DNA from: Nymphaea colorata
Taxonomy: Eukaryota
DNA: 64,000 nucleotides
Reading direction: 5' to 3'
Assembly (NCBI RefSeq): GCF_008831285.2
Contig: NC_045138.2
Coordinates: 29,202,001 to 29,266,000, forward strand
Both the position numbers and the translations under genes were made by a program. Below, in pieces: positions 24,425 to 36,443 of the stretch. The notes beneath the pieces are model-generated. The model did not search any database, was not told the origin of the DNA, and was given only the letters and a program-made list of their open reading frames with translations. Positions within the stretch are counted from its first letter, which is position 1. Each line of letters opens with the position of its first letter.

Positions 24425-24743
24425 TGTTAGGAACAACACAAACTCTCCTCTCACACTCTCAAGAGGGGGTTACAAGCAATAAGGAAGAAGACAATGATTT
24501 ATGTGGTTCAGAACAATAATCTCCTACGTCTACGGTCAAACAGATCTTTTCTATTTTCTTTCTGATGAACACAAACACTCTCCAAAAAGAAGACTCCACA
24601 AAAGAAATGGTGGCCCTCCTCTCAACATAAGGATTAGGGAAAACCCCCATTTGTATAAAATAACATAAATGCCCTTACATAAGAAAAATTCTGTGGTATT
24701 GTATATGAGTGTCCAGTATATATATTTTTTTCATACACCAACA
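24425..24743 (-). repeat. 3' LTR (319 bp); PPT CAAGTGGGAGAT adjacent at 24744-24755
   Basis: TGTTAGGAACAACACA...CATACACCAACA, homologous to 28025-28301. Confidence 0.93.
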
Positions 24744-24818
24744 ATCTCCCACTTGAAATTTGATTCATCCAAGTGCTTGAACATCACGTACTCAACCTGT
24801 GCAACGTCCCCTCATCAA

Positions 24819-27800
24819 TCAACCTTGGAGACCAATTGAGGTTAAACATAACATCAATTTCTCAGCAGTCACTGGCTTTGTCAACATGTCTGCTGGATTC
24901 TCTGTTCCACGAACCTTTTCAAGAGATAGTATCTTCTCTTTTAAGAAATCTCTAATGAAATGATACTTCAATTCAATGTGCTTTGTTCTGGCATGAAATA
25001 CTAGATTATTGGCTAAATGAATTGCACTTTGACTTTAACAATAGAAAACACTCTTCTCTTCCTTTACGTGCAATTCTTTTAGAATAGTCTATAGCCAAAT
25101 CATCTCTTTACTGTCTTTTGTAACTGCAATATATTCAGCTCCTATAGTAGACAACGCAACAACCTTTTGAAGCTGTGAAACCCAACTCACACAGGTTCCT
25201 CCTATGGTGTAAATGTACCCGGTAGTACTTCTCCTACTGTCAAGATCACCACCCAAATCTGCATCCACAAAGCCATGCAAGATTAATTCATTTTTCTTAA
25301 AACAAAGGCTCATACCTGAAGTTGCTTTCAAATATCGTAATATCCACTTCACAACCTGTATCTGCTCATTGCTCCCACTGCTTGTGTTATGTCTGGTCTG
25401 GTGCATACCATAACATACATCAAGTTACCCACTGCTAAAGCATATGGAATCATTGACATTTCTTTATGTTATTTATCTGTCTTAGGTGACAAATCCTTGG
25501 ACAATTTGAAATGAATAGCAAGAGGCGTACTAACAGGTTTAGCATCTTGCATCTTAAACCTGCACAATATCTTTTCAATATAATTTTGTTGAGACAAATT
25601 TAAAGTACCTGTCTTACTGTCCCTACTGATTCTCATCCCGAGGATTTGTTTCGCAGCGCCTAGATCTTTTATTTCAAACTCTTTTGATAGTTGTTCTTTC
25701 AAAGAATTGATCTCTTGCAAATTTGAGTTTGCAATAAGCATATCATCCACACATAATAGTAAAATGATATAACAACTATCAAGATTCTTGAAATAACAAC
25801 AATAATCTATATCACACTTCTTAAAGGCATTTCTTCCCATGAAGTTATCAATCTTTTTGTACCACTTTCTTGATATCTGCTTCAAACCATAGAGACTCTT
25901 ATATAACTTACATACAAGATTTTCCTTTTCTAATACCTGAAAACCTGCAGGTTGCACCATATAAATATCTTCATCCAAATCTCTATGAAAAAATACAGTT
26001 TTTACATCTAGTTGCTACAAATATAAATTTTCAGTTACAACTAAACTTAATACTAATCTTATAGTAGTTAGTTTTACAACCAAAGACTCTTAAGTGTGCA
26101 AGATTTACTTCCTTGCCGATCCAAGCTTCTTCAGGTATCCCATAGTCTAAAAGAACAGAAGACCAACGATTTATCAAGTATGCAGCAGTACTGATTGTGT
26201 CAGCTCAAAAAATCTTAGGCTAGCCTGAATGTTGTCTCATGCTCCTTGCTCTCTCACATAGGGTTCTGTTCATTATTTTAGCAACCTCATTTTGTCGTGG
26301 CTTTTTAGGGATCGTCCTTTATGTTTGAATCCTATGATCTGCACAAAAGTCTTTAAACTCTTTGTTGTCATATTCACCTCCATTATCTGACCGCAGACAT
26401 TTAATTTTCTTTACGGTCTGATTTTCTACTTTTGCTTTTCACCTTTTAAAAACAGTAAACACGTCAGATTTATGTTTGAGAATGTAGACCCATACCTTTC
26501 TGGTACAATCATCAATGAATGTGGCATAGTATAGGGATCTTTCAAGAGAACGAACTGGAGTTGGTCCCCAAACATCCGTATGCACCAATTCTAACTTTTC
26601 TTTCTTTGGAGGCTGTCCAACTTTGGAGAAAATGATCATTTTCTGTTTCCCAAAAACACAATCTTCACATAGACCAATGTCTACAGTTTTCAAGTCATGC
26701 AACTTGTTATTTGTTGCTATGATCTTCATTTCCTTCTCACTCATATGGCCAAGCCTACAATGCCATAAAGACTTATTTTCACATTTCGCCACAACCACTG
26801 TGTCTTTCACATCTGCGCTCATGTATAATGTACTAAGTTTGTGACTTGGTGTTATAACCATAGCATCTTTGGTTGTCTTCCAAGATTCGCCAACAAAGGT
26901 AGTAACATAGCCTTCGTCATCTAACTGCTCAACCAAAATGATATTCTTCTTCAACCTTGGGATGTCTGACATCTTTTAACTTCCATACATGTCTATTCTC
27001 CATTTTAATGTGAACCTCACCTTTCCCTACAATATCCAGAGGTTCATCATCTGCAAGGTATACTCTGCCAAATTTTTCTGCAATATAGTTGTGCATACTT
27101 TTATTAGAATACGTTGAATGAAAAGATGCACCAGAGTCTAAAATCCAAGACTCTATAGAGCTGTGTACACTCAAAGCAAGTGCATCAGCTATATCTTCTG
27201 TTGTTGCATTTGCTGAATTATCCTCACAATTTGGGTTCTTCTTCTTCAACAACATGTAAACTTTTTTCTGGTGTCCTGGCTTACCATAGTTCCAACAACC
27301 ATCACTTCGAGGTTTGGATTGACTCATTCCCTTAGATTTGGAAGTTCTATGCTCTTGGTAGCGTTGATTATTTCTGCTTCTATTTTGAATATTTAGGGTA
27401 GAATCGAAAGGTTTTCCTGTCTCTTTTCTGCGAATGTCCTCAATAAGTATTAAATCTCGAACACCACTAAACTTCAATTTACTTGACCCTGATGAACTAT
27501 TCACGGCGGTCACAGTGGCACTCCAACTCTCCGGTCGAGATGACGGTAAAATTAGGCCTTGAACCTCATCATCAAATTTAATATCCACATAACATAATTG
27601 AGAAGTAATAACATTGAACTCATTTATGTGATCTATAAGAGAGACACCTTCAGTCATTTTCAAATTAAATAATCGATGCATCAAATATACCTTATTCGAA
27701 GTAGAGGGCTTTTCATACATATCTGTTAGTGTCTTCATCAGACTTGTTGTCGTCTTCTTGTTAACAATGTTGAAGGCGACATTTCTGGCCAGCATCAACT

Positions 27801-27987
27801 GAATGACTCCAAGGGTTTGTCTATCCAACAACTGCCAATCTGCATCAGCCATTATTGCGGGTTTCACTCCCATGAGCGGTTCATGCAGTTTCTTCTGATA
27901 CAAGTAGTCCTCGATGTGCATCTTCTAGAATCTGAAGTCTTTACCATCGAACTTCTCGATTCTGACTTTTTCTTCTTCCAGCGTCAT
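24819..27987 (-). pseudogene. Copia gag-pol polyprotein with stops and frameshifts
   Basis: MTLEEEKVRIEKFDGKDFRF*KMHIEDYL (gag); WILDSGASFH (protease); LWHCRLGHMSE and LELVHTDVWGP (integrase); LYKSLYGLKQ and LLCVDDMLI (RT); GFVDADLGGD and ENPADMLTK (RNase H). Confidence 0.95.
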
Positions 27988-28010
27988 TGCTCCTATCGCG
28001 AACGAACCTG

Positions 28011-28022
28011 ACTCTAATACCA
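28011..28022 (-). promoter_or_regulatory. Primer-binding site (tRNA-iMet type)
   Basis: Minus strand TGGTATTAGAGT, versus canonical TGGTATCAGAGC, 2 nt inside the 5' LTR. Confidence 0.85.
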
Positions 28023-28024
28023 GT

Positions 28025-28301
28025 TGTTAGGAACAACACACAAAACTCTCCTCTCACACTCTCAAGAGGAGGTTAGAAGTAACAAGGAAGAAGACAAAGA
28101 TTTACGTGGTTCCGAGCAATAATCTCATACGTGCACAATTGCACAAATGTTTTCTATTTTCTCTTTAATAAACACAAACACTCTCCAAGAAGAAGACCTC
28201 ACAAAAGAAAACAGCGGCCCTCCTCTCAACATAAGGATTAGGACAAACCTGCATTTGTACAAAATGAGTGTCCAGTATGGATCAAGTTCCATACACCAAC
28301 A
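28025..28301 (-). repeat. 5' LTR (277 bp)
   Basis: Homologous to 24425-24743, with a ~45-bp deletion. Confidence 0.93.
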
Positions 28302-28324
28302 TAAAGCACCAAGACACGATGATC

Positions 28325-28835
28325 AAACATATCCCCCGGTGCAATCTGTTTCCTTATATTTTCTATCTTCACCACTGCGGCGATGCCGAACATGAGCAAC
28401 AACCATTTTCAGGGAGATCTCATTAGTTAATTGTCTGCTGCATTCTGAAAATGTGCAGTTACGAAACTTGAAGACAGAGGTTTGCTTCCTTAGCTGTCCA
28501 AGTGCAAGCACACCTTTCACCTGCAGCGATAGGAATGAAGATTTCTCACACTCTCTCAACGCACCAAGAGAATAGAAATCATAAGAAAAGAAAGACAAAA
28601 AAACGTGGTACAAAGACTACAATTTCCTACGTCTACATCTGCCACAGACAGCAATTTCACTATCATAGAAGAACATAGAATACAAACAAAACGACGCCTC
28701 ATAAACATTGGATACACTAAAGTTAAGAAAGACTAATAAGTATAGATCAAGCTCCAGACTCCAACATGCAGTGCATAGAGAAATGTCTTGAGAACCATCG
28801 GTGCAGCCTGATATGTTGGCAAAACGTCGAGGCCG
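28325..28835 (+). pseudogene. Heavily eroded ATL RING-H2 remnant, split by a solo LTR
   Basis: ..SKCKHTFHLQ [240-bp insert] CIEKCLENHRCSLICWQNVEA. Upstream CGGCGATGCC and GATCTCATTAGTT match the ATL paralogues. Confidence 0.75.
28527..28766. mobile_element. Solo LTR, 240 bp (left-truncated copy at ~41700-41949)
   Basis: 5-bp TSD TGCAG (28522-28526, 28767-28771); ends CG(from TG)...CA; removal restores FHLQCIEK in frame. It shares CTCACACTCTC, CCTACGTCTAC and GATCAAG(C/T)TCC with the neighbouring copia LTRs. Confidence 0.75.
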
Positions 28836-29251
28836 CCAATTTCAGGGTCGGCAGCCAAGTGGGTCAACTCTTGGTTTGGTGCACTTCACTTTTCCTTGCT
28901 CTACTTCAAGTCTTCAAGGCACCGCAGTGCTTCAATTTGATCATGACTAAGTGCTGGAATGCCTTTTACATAACTAGCCTTAAGAGGCAGAGTTTGCTTA
29001 ATACTACATCAAGAAGCTTGATTTCATCTTCATCCAATATTTGAATGGCCAAAATAATGTCCCTACCCATTTGACTTCCTTGGTCATGGCATTCAGGCAG
29101 AAATATTATAGAATCAACTCAAAGAAGAGGTGATAATTCAACTAGCCAATGGATGCAAATACTGAACAGAGGCGTAGGTGGAAACGAATCCAAGGAGCAG
29201 CAGTTCTTGCGACGGAGGAAATTCAGAGGAATAGATTCATATACCTTTTCT

Positions 29252-32200
29252 AAGATTGCATGAACTGCTGTTCTTCTTTCCAACATGCCCCCTAAATTCA
29301 AATGCCAATGAACGTTCTGTTTTTCTTTTCTTTTTTCTTTCTTTTTTATAGCTTGCAAATGTCTTGTTATGGTTCTGGGAAACTACATGTAGCTTCAACC
29401 TTTGCTTGCTCTTCCAAGGAAAATCTGCACTAAGGCCTAAACTTGGTTGCTCCCATACAGTGGGCAGAGCTAGAAATTTGGGAAGAATTAAGTAAATTAA
29501 TAGTTCAAAAAGGGTACTGATATATAAATGTATGGAAATATATTATCTATTTTTATATAAATCTTTTAGATCCACATGTTTAAGGCTCAATGGGGCCACC
29601 TTTAAGAATGATACGCCTTCTACCAAAAAAAGCTTGCGTCTCCTCTTACTAACGTTTGTCGATTGGTTGTCACTTGTTCTAGACCCACATTTTCCGTTTT
29701 CATCTTCCTGGTTCAAAAACTTGCAAGCAGATCCTAATAATAAATGTCGATCAGAATTGGTCGCTGTAAAAATTCCATAAACCACACTTCTTGCCATGTA
29801 TTACGGGAACTGGTCTGCCTATAGAGGTAGGCAGGTCGGGTACCTGAGGGGCTTCCAGTTACCCTGCTCAGGTTCAGCCGGGCTTGGGATGGCCTTTTGG
29901 GTACTTTGCTCAGGTCGAGTTGGGCTCCAGCTGTGGCCCAACAATATAATATATAAAAAAAAATATTATATTTCAACATATTTTTTCATAAAAAATATAT
30001 GCTCATATATTTTATTATTAATTTTTTATTATAACTTGGTCGGGCCCAAGCCACAGGCTCAGCCTTTTGGGTGGCCACAACTTGTCTTCAAATCAGTCGG
30101 GCTGGCTCGGTGCCCAACCCTATATTAATATTTAAACAGACCTCCTTTTACACAAACCCATGTCTTTAACAAAAATTGTAAAAGTATTAATCTAGGAGTG
30201 CAAATAGATTAGTTTCTATCATACACCAAGCTTACCGTTTGCATGGGGTTTATATATCTCTCGCAATGCATCTATAAATTAGTAACACAGAAGTTTGTTG
30301 TCTCGCGTATCCATTTGCGCTACTAGATTCAGGAGATCTCTTGAAATTGCTCCAATTATGGTTTGACAAAGCTTGCACAACATACTAATTGTCTGCCAAT
30401 CTCGTCTATCGTTAATGTTCCGAACACATTGACACAGATGTGCCTTTCATAAGGGATCATATTCAGTAGAATTTTATCAAAGTTCTCTACTTGTCTAGGG
30501 ATGTTAATGAATCCAACTTAGATCTGACAACCAGTCAAACGCTTCCAAATTATAAGTTATGGAAAAATTTATGGTGTTAGATTAAGTAATCAAATCATAT
30601 TTGAATTTGAGAAAGTACATTTGATTGTGTTCAAATTTCATTGAATATCTGATGAGATGTGGATCAGACTTTAGGTTTAATAGATATTTTGTATCCAAAT
30701 GTCCACACATTTTGACAATAGTATCTTAGCATATAATAATTTGGCTTGTATTTGGTCCAAAAATTGGATTTTGGATTTGAATGTGAATTTTAATGAATAC
30801 TTTAAAGGGTATGTCTGATTCAAATCTGATTCATTGACATCTCTATACTTATCAAATCCACTTGTTGGCAATTTGATGAAGCCACTCAGCTCGGTCTTCA
30901 TTTCTTCAACACAATCTCAAGGTCAATCAATGCCCCATGCATTTGATGGAAAGTGTTCATGTAAGAGAGCAACAAAAATCTCAAAGCATCCAACTCCAGC
31001 CATGGAAGACTAAACACGTCTATTCCAATAATAGATAAATTTAGGTACAATATCAGTCCAACTTTTCAATATACTAAACTACAGGAAACTAAAAATTCTT
31101 TTATGTCTGGATATGAAACTGTCATAGTTGCTAACGAGCGAGCAAGCAAGTAATTGTTCTTTAGTTCATGGTCTGTTATGAATTGTGGAGTGAGTTGTGA
31201 GGGTTATTTGTATCGTTTCATGCTTGTACGGCTTCACACCCCTCTGGTGATTTTGTAGTAGGTTGACCTTAGTTAGTTTTCGGGTAACCTCCCCTTGTTC
31301 ATCTTTTCTCTTTTGGGTTTTGCGTCGGGTCCTGTCCGGCCGGATAGAATTCTGTATTAATTTGTTTAGGATTTTTAGTTTTAGATTACCTCAACTAGGT
31401 CTTGGGGGTAGGATCTCAATAATGGGTTCAACTTTTCTAATCGCCACCGGTCAGGTCCATAGAAAGAAGATAATAAGGTGTGCCCCCATGTCTGTGTCCA
31501 AGATCATTCGTTTAGTGTGAACAATGTTGGCATCTTGCTATTTTTCATGCTCTTAATGCACATGGTGATTTTTCCAAATCGATCATATGAGTGTTGACAA
31601 GCTTTGGGGAATTTGGACTTCCACCCTGCTCGAATGAGTTGAACCTGCATCAGACTCTGGAAGGGCTGGCATGAGGCACGTGCAACCCACACGGTTTGCT
31701 TTCCTCTCTAAACTTTTTTTAAAACCTTGAACAATTTCAAATCAACCCCGTTTCAAAACCCAACTCCAGTATGAAATTTCATAACTATAGCCACATTCTT
31801 TGTAATCGGACCACCTTCGTTTCGAAACAAAAGGTCGAAGATTTTTAAACATGAACGATGAGGCCTTCATGGATTCATATATGAGATTCTCGACAGGTAT
31901 TGATCCCAAATGGTACCTCGGATTGTTTATGGCTTTTCATACGGCCCCCCCCACTACTTGATTGGTACCACATGTCGCATCAATCTAGACCAGCCTATGA
32001 ATTTAGATCTGGTGATCAACCATCGTCTGATTAAATAATCAACCTATTGGATTCTTCATTGCACTTGCAGAATCTTTTCTGGTTGTCTCAGGACCAACAC
32101 ATGGAATTATATTGTTAGACAATTAGCCGATTTGGATGTGATGCGATACAATAATCTTTTAGGGGCAAAATATCTCCTAAAGATAAACTGCAACACAAGA

Positions 32201-33510
32201 TAAATTTTATTTTGTATTTTTATTTTGGAAGTTGGGAGTGAGTGGCTGGTTGGAGAATTAATAGATGTACTATTATTATTCTGATTTTCTCAAGCATGAA
32301 CTAATAAATTTGCTTTACACTTACCTTGTTTGTACACTAATCAAAAAGAGAAAATGAGTGTACATGTACATTGTATCGAGTGGTGTGCTGAGGACTCAAG
32401 ATTTTCAGTCTAAACTTAGAATGGAGAAATTTATAAATTCTATATATAAAAATGATTTTCAATCTAAATTTGATTTAAATTATATATATATATATATATA
32501 CTATAAAGCACTGGATTCCCATCCCGCCTCATTAACACAACCCAAACAAAAAAACATTGGGCTGCATGTGAGAGGGATTCTTCTCACAGCTAGAGGATTC
32601 CATGTTATTTATATAATAGAAAGGGAGAGTGCAAGTGTGTGGGTGAGAGTTCGAGCCATGTGCTTGAATCTGCTTGAGCCGGAATCGATAGAAGTCCTTG
32701 GAATGGATGGACCGGTTCAATGGCAGAGACTGACGGTCCATCAATTTGATTCATGGGTTGTGTTGTAGAAAGCTAACTAGTTTTTGGAATGGTTCGGTCA
32801 GATATACTAATTGATATCTCTATATGCTCATGTAACTATCTCTAAGGAGTCAAACTAAGTTTGACCACAAACAATGGTAGAAGTAGAACCAAAATATTTT
32901 CGCTATAGATCACTTATTTATGCATAAGAACAGAGTTAATGGACCACCATCACAAATAGTTGAACATCTTATGCTTATCTACAGATCTTTTTCTTTCATG
33001 TATGGGTACGTTAGATTTCTTATTCAGTATCATTTTTCAGCTGTTATCTTGTGGCTTTGAACATTATGTCTTTTGTCTTTCTACCAGGAGAATTAAACTA
33101 CTCCAGTCGAGCACCTAAGTTGGAAATTAGTTTTCAACAGCTTGTTACTCCACACAAGGACAGGTTTTTCAAGAAATCTATTTGAGGGGCAGACATTTAA
33201 AGTTTGCAATACTATGTGTGAAATATGCTTGTTGAGATCCAACCAGCAAAAGAGCTTTTTCTTAATATGTATTCAATCTTATAAGGTATGCCCAGGACTC
33301 AAGTCAGTCTTGGATTGGGTCTTACAAGTAATTTGGACCAAAATTGTTTCAAATTCCTTTCTTTTATTTGTTTTAGTTTGTTTGTAACTCATTTTTGACT
33401 CTATTGTTATTTCTATTGGTCATTAACATGTACTATTTTCTTTATATGACTTGTTTATTTAAACATTGTTCTCATAATGATTTCTCTAGACCAATGCATG
33501 GCCCGTAAAA
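29252..33510 (+). repeat. Segmental duplication block X-Y, copy 2 (= 9650-14014)
   Basis: Colinear, high-identity match to copy 1. Confidence 0.95.
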
Positions 33511-34245
33511 AACGGGCGAAGACATCGGTTGATCCAGATGGATGGCAAATCGTTTGATTCATCGGCACATAGAAATTGATTAGGTATCATAAGCCATCCA
33601 TATAATTTCACTTTTTTTTAATTAAGTGAAAAACAGTTAAACCCTTTTGTATATGTTTTATATTTATTTTCTTGAAATGTATGTGGTATCGCAGGAAGCA
33701 CTGAAGCATCATGAAGGATTTGCTAAGGTTTTGGTGGACTCTTTCGGGTTCGCCACCGATAATGAATTTGTCAACCGAGGAAGAAAACGTAATGGAATTC
33801 ATTTGGGCCGTGCTGTTTCAATCGGATCGTGACAGTCAATTGGGAAGGCACCTGCTTAAAACAACTCGTCCTGCATGAAACATGCCGGGTCCACGTGCTG
33901 TCACTTTATCTCCCCTTTATTGGTCCATCGGCTGACCCCAAGAAATTAAAGTGAAGCCCACAAGTTGAGGTAGTTCCAAATATGCCTTAACTCCACTTAA
34001 TATTGGGTTCAGTTCATTGAGCAACTTGGTTTATCTCATTCCTTTTTTCTTTTCCCTATCACTGACTTGGGCAGTTGCGTTATGCAAATGGGTTCGATCG
34101 ATCGGGTGCGAGGGTTTTGATATTTTTAATAGTGAGCAATTGAATATTGTTCTCACTCACCCTTGTGGCGTGCTTCATTAACCTTAGATATGAGCCCCTC
34201 TCCCTCTCCCTCTCCCTCTCCCTTCCCCCATCCCCTTCCCCAATC

Positions 34246-34629
34246 GGGCTTCCCCCTTCCCCTCCCCCAAGTTGATACTGATGATGTACCCCAAGTTGAT
34301 AGTGATGATGTCCCCCAAGTTCAAACGAGAAAGTTCAGGCCTGTTGGAGCAATGGATCTTCATATACTCTTTGGAATCTTTTCTATGATTCATGGATATA
34401 CAAATTCAAACTAATTTTACGATTATTTATACCAAAAAGCCAGTATTTTTTGCACTTCAATTTGGAGTGCAAAAAATACTGGCTTTTTGGTATAAATAAT
34501 CGTAAAATTAGTTTGAATTTGTATATCCATGAATCATAGAAAAGATACCAAACAGTATATGAAGATGCATTGCTCCAACAGACCCAAACTTTCTCCGTTT
34601 GAACTTGGGGGAGGGGAAGGGGGAATCCC
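34246..34629. repeat. Spacer-less inverted duplication of an SBEII exon/intron fragment, centre 34461
   Basis: ...TTTGCACTTCAA T TTGGAGTGCAAA... The left arm is homologous to ~19143-19337. The right arm is its reverse complement, minus 48 bp of 24-bp repeats. Confidence 0.95.
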
Positions 34630-34875
34630 AAAAAGCCAGTATTTTTTGCACTTCAAAATGCAATAGTTTCATGCTTGTTGGTGACAAGACTATTTGATTC
34701 TGGCTTATAAAGGTTGACATATTGCGTGTTTCCTAGATTGGTTCCTACGGTATCGAATTCCAACGACAATTATCTTGTACAGCAAGTTTTGTATAAACGT
34801 TGACTGCATTAAGATGATTATTTATTCACAAAAATATACCAAAATTTTTTCTTATATAAGACGGTCGGTGCTGAT

Positions 34876-35613
34876 CTATGTCATATGTCATCAGAGTGTG
34901 AGGTGCGGGTGCTGATGTGGGTACCGGTGCGGGTGCTGACACTACATACCTCAAAAAATTTTGGTGCGGCGGTAGGGTGAAAGTATTTTATTATTATTAT
35001 TAATTTATTATAATAATATGTATATAATATATATGACAAAATTTTGTCAATAAAACAACAAAATTATTAAATAACAAGATGAAAATTGTAATGTGCTAAT
35101 CATGATATGAGTATCAATCATCAATTCAATAAAAAATATACTTTAGTTTTGAGTTCACAGAATCACAGTTCATGCAGTCATCCTGCCCTGTCTGCTGCAA
35201 GCAACAAGTTCGTCGGCTCCACCCAATGCGACGTATAGAAGAGCAAAGAAGAAGAAGAATAGACTAAGAGGGATGAAGGTCGAAGAAGAGGGAAGAAGAA
35301 GAAGAAGAAGAAGGGTCGAAGAGGGAAAGGTCGAAGAAGAAGGACGAAGAAGGGGCATCCATCTGACTTTGTTAAAAACTTAAAAAAAAAAACCTAAAAA
35401 TTGGACCAAAGTAGACTTCCTCGCCTTTGACCGCACCCGACTCGAATGCGAGTCGGGTGCAAGTAAGAAAAAGACGATTTTAGCTGGGTGCGGTCAACCG
35501 CACCCGACTCTTGTTTGACCCATTTGGGTGCGCACCAGAGGTGCACCCGCACCCGAATCCACACCGCGTCGACGTGGGTGCGAGACCAAAACTACCGCAC
35601 CCAGGTATCATAG
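34876..35613. mobile_element. Non-autonomous hAT-type element
   Basis: Exact 8-bp TSD GTGCTGAT (34868-34875, 35614-35621); short TIR CTATG...CATAG; subterminal GGTGCGGGT / GCACCCG repeats. Confidence 0.8.
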
Positions 35614-36443
35614 GTGCTGATATCTTCCTGAGTGGTGGCATGGCGGCCGGGTATCAATCTGGAACAGGGATTATGGAGTCTGACCTGATTTCATTTCATT
35701 TAAGCATTTTGATTCAATTTCATGAGGCGAAAAATCGGCTTTCTAAGATGCTATTGTCAATAATCTGAAAGGGTTGGTGCAATGAATGGGGTGATGTTGT
35801 CAGGCACCTGATGTTCATTTTCTCATTTTGAATTTTCAATATGTAAACTTTGAATATGCAAAAGTTTTGGAGAAGCATTATCTAATGCACCAAAAGTAAA
35901 CCTAATAGTATAAGAAGATAGAAGAAAGATGAGAACTTTCACTAAAATCAATTCTCACACAAGATACTATTTGAAGGTCCCACTAACATCACATCTACAT
36001 GATACATGATGTATGTAAGTCAGATCCTTCAGGTTTTATGTCTTCGACCGAATAAACCAGTGTTAACTGAATCCTTTCACCTCATAACATGGGAATTGGA
36101 AACAAAGCTTGCTGAGGCAGAAAAGTTCCATGCACGTTAAGAAAAAACAAGCCGCACTTTGGAATTTGGAATTCCACATATTTCAGCCACGAACTAAAAC
36201 TCTTTGGGAAAATACAAGTTTTCCAATAAGTGCTTGGGAAAGTTACAAAGTCGTTGACTGAGTCGTGTACCCCTAAATGTCAACAATAAATTCCAAAATG
36301 ATATATACAAAGAAGTCAAAGACCTTTTGCACCTTTTTTTTCTTAACAAAAAAGGGGCTTTAAAAGCATAAAAAGGCAATTAAAGTAAAGTTCGGCCTAA
36401 GTTCAAACCCACACCAGAAGAAGCGATCAGCTGTGCAGGAAGA

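Larger units (their letters stand above)
24425..28301 (-). mobile_element. Ty1/copia LTR retrotransposon (Tnt1/Tork-like), degenerate and internally deleted
   Basis: TG...CA ends; exact 5-bp TSD TAAAG (24420-24424, 28302-28306); LTRs at 24425-24743 and 28025-28301; PBS and PPT present; gag-PR-INT-RT-RH order; empty site with a single TAAAG at 41535-41539. Confidence 0.97.
20506..31148 (+). repeat. Segmental duplication unit (= 37009-43927), carrying the copia insertion
   Basis: Colinear from CTGTTTCTGGTTCGGAACACAG to GAGCGAGCAAGCAA. Differences: copia only in this copy, 38360-38855 only in the other copy, ~29212-29764 only in this copy. Confidence 0.95.

Noticed and set aside
35156..35174. 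CACAGAATCACAGTT match to the ATL 3' end inside the hAT element
   Set aside because: Only ~15 bp, with no extension; it may be chance.
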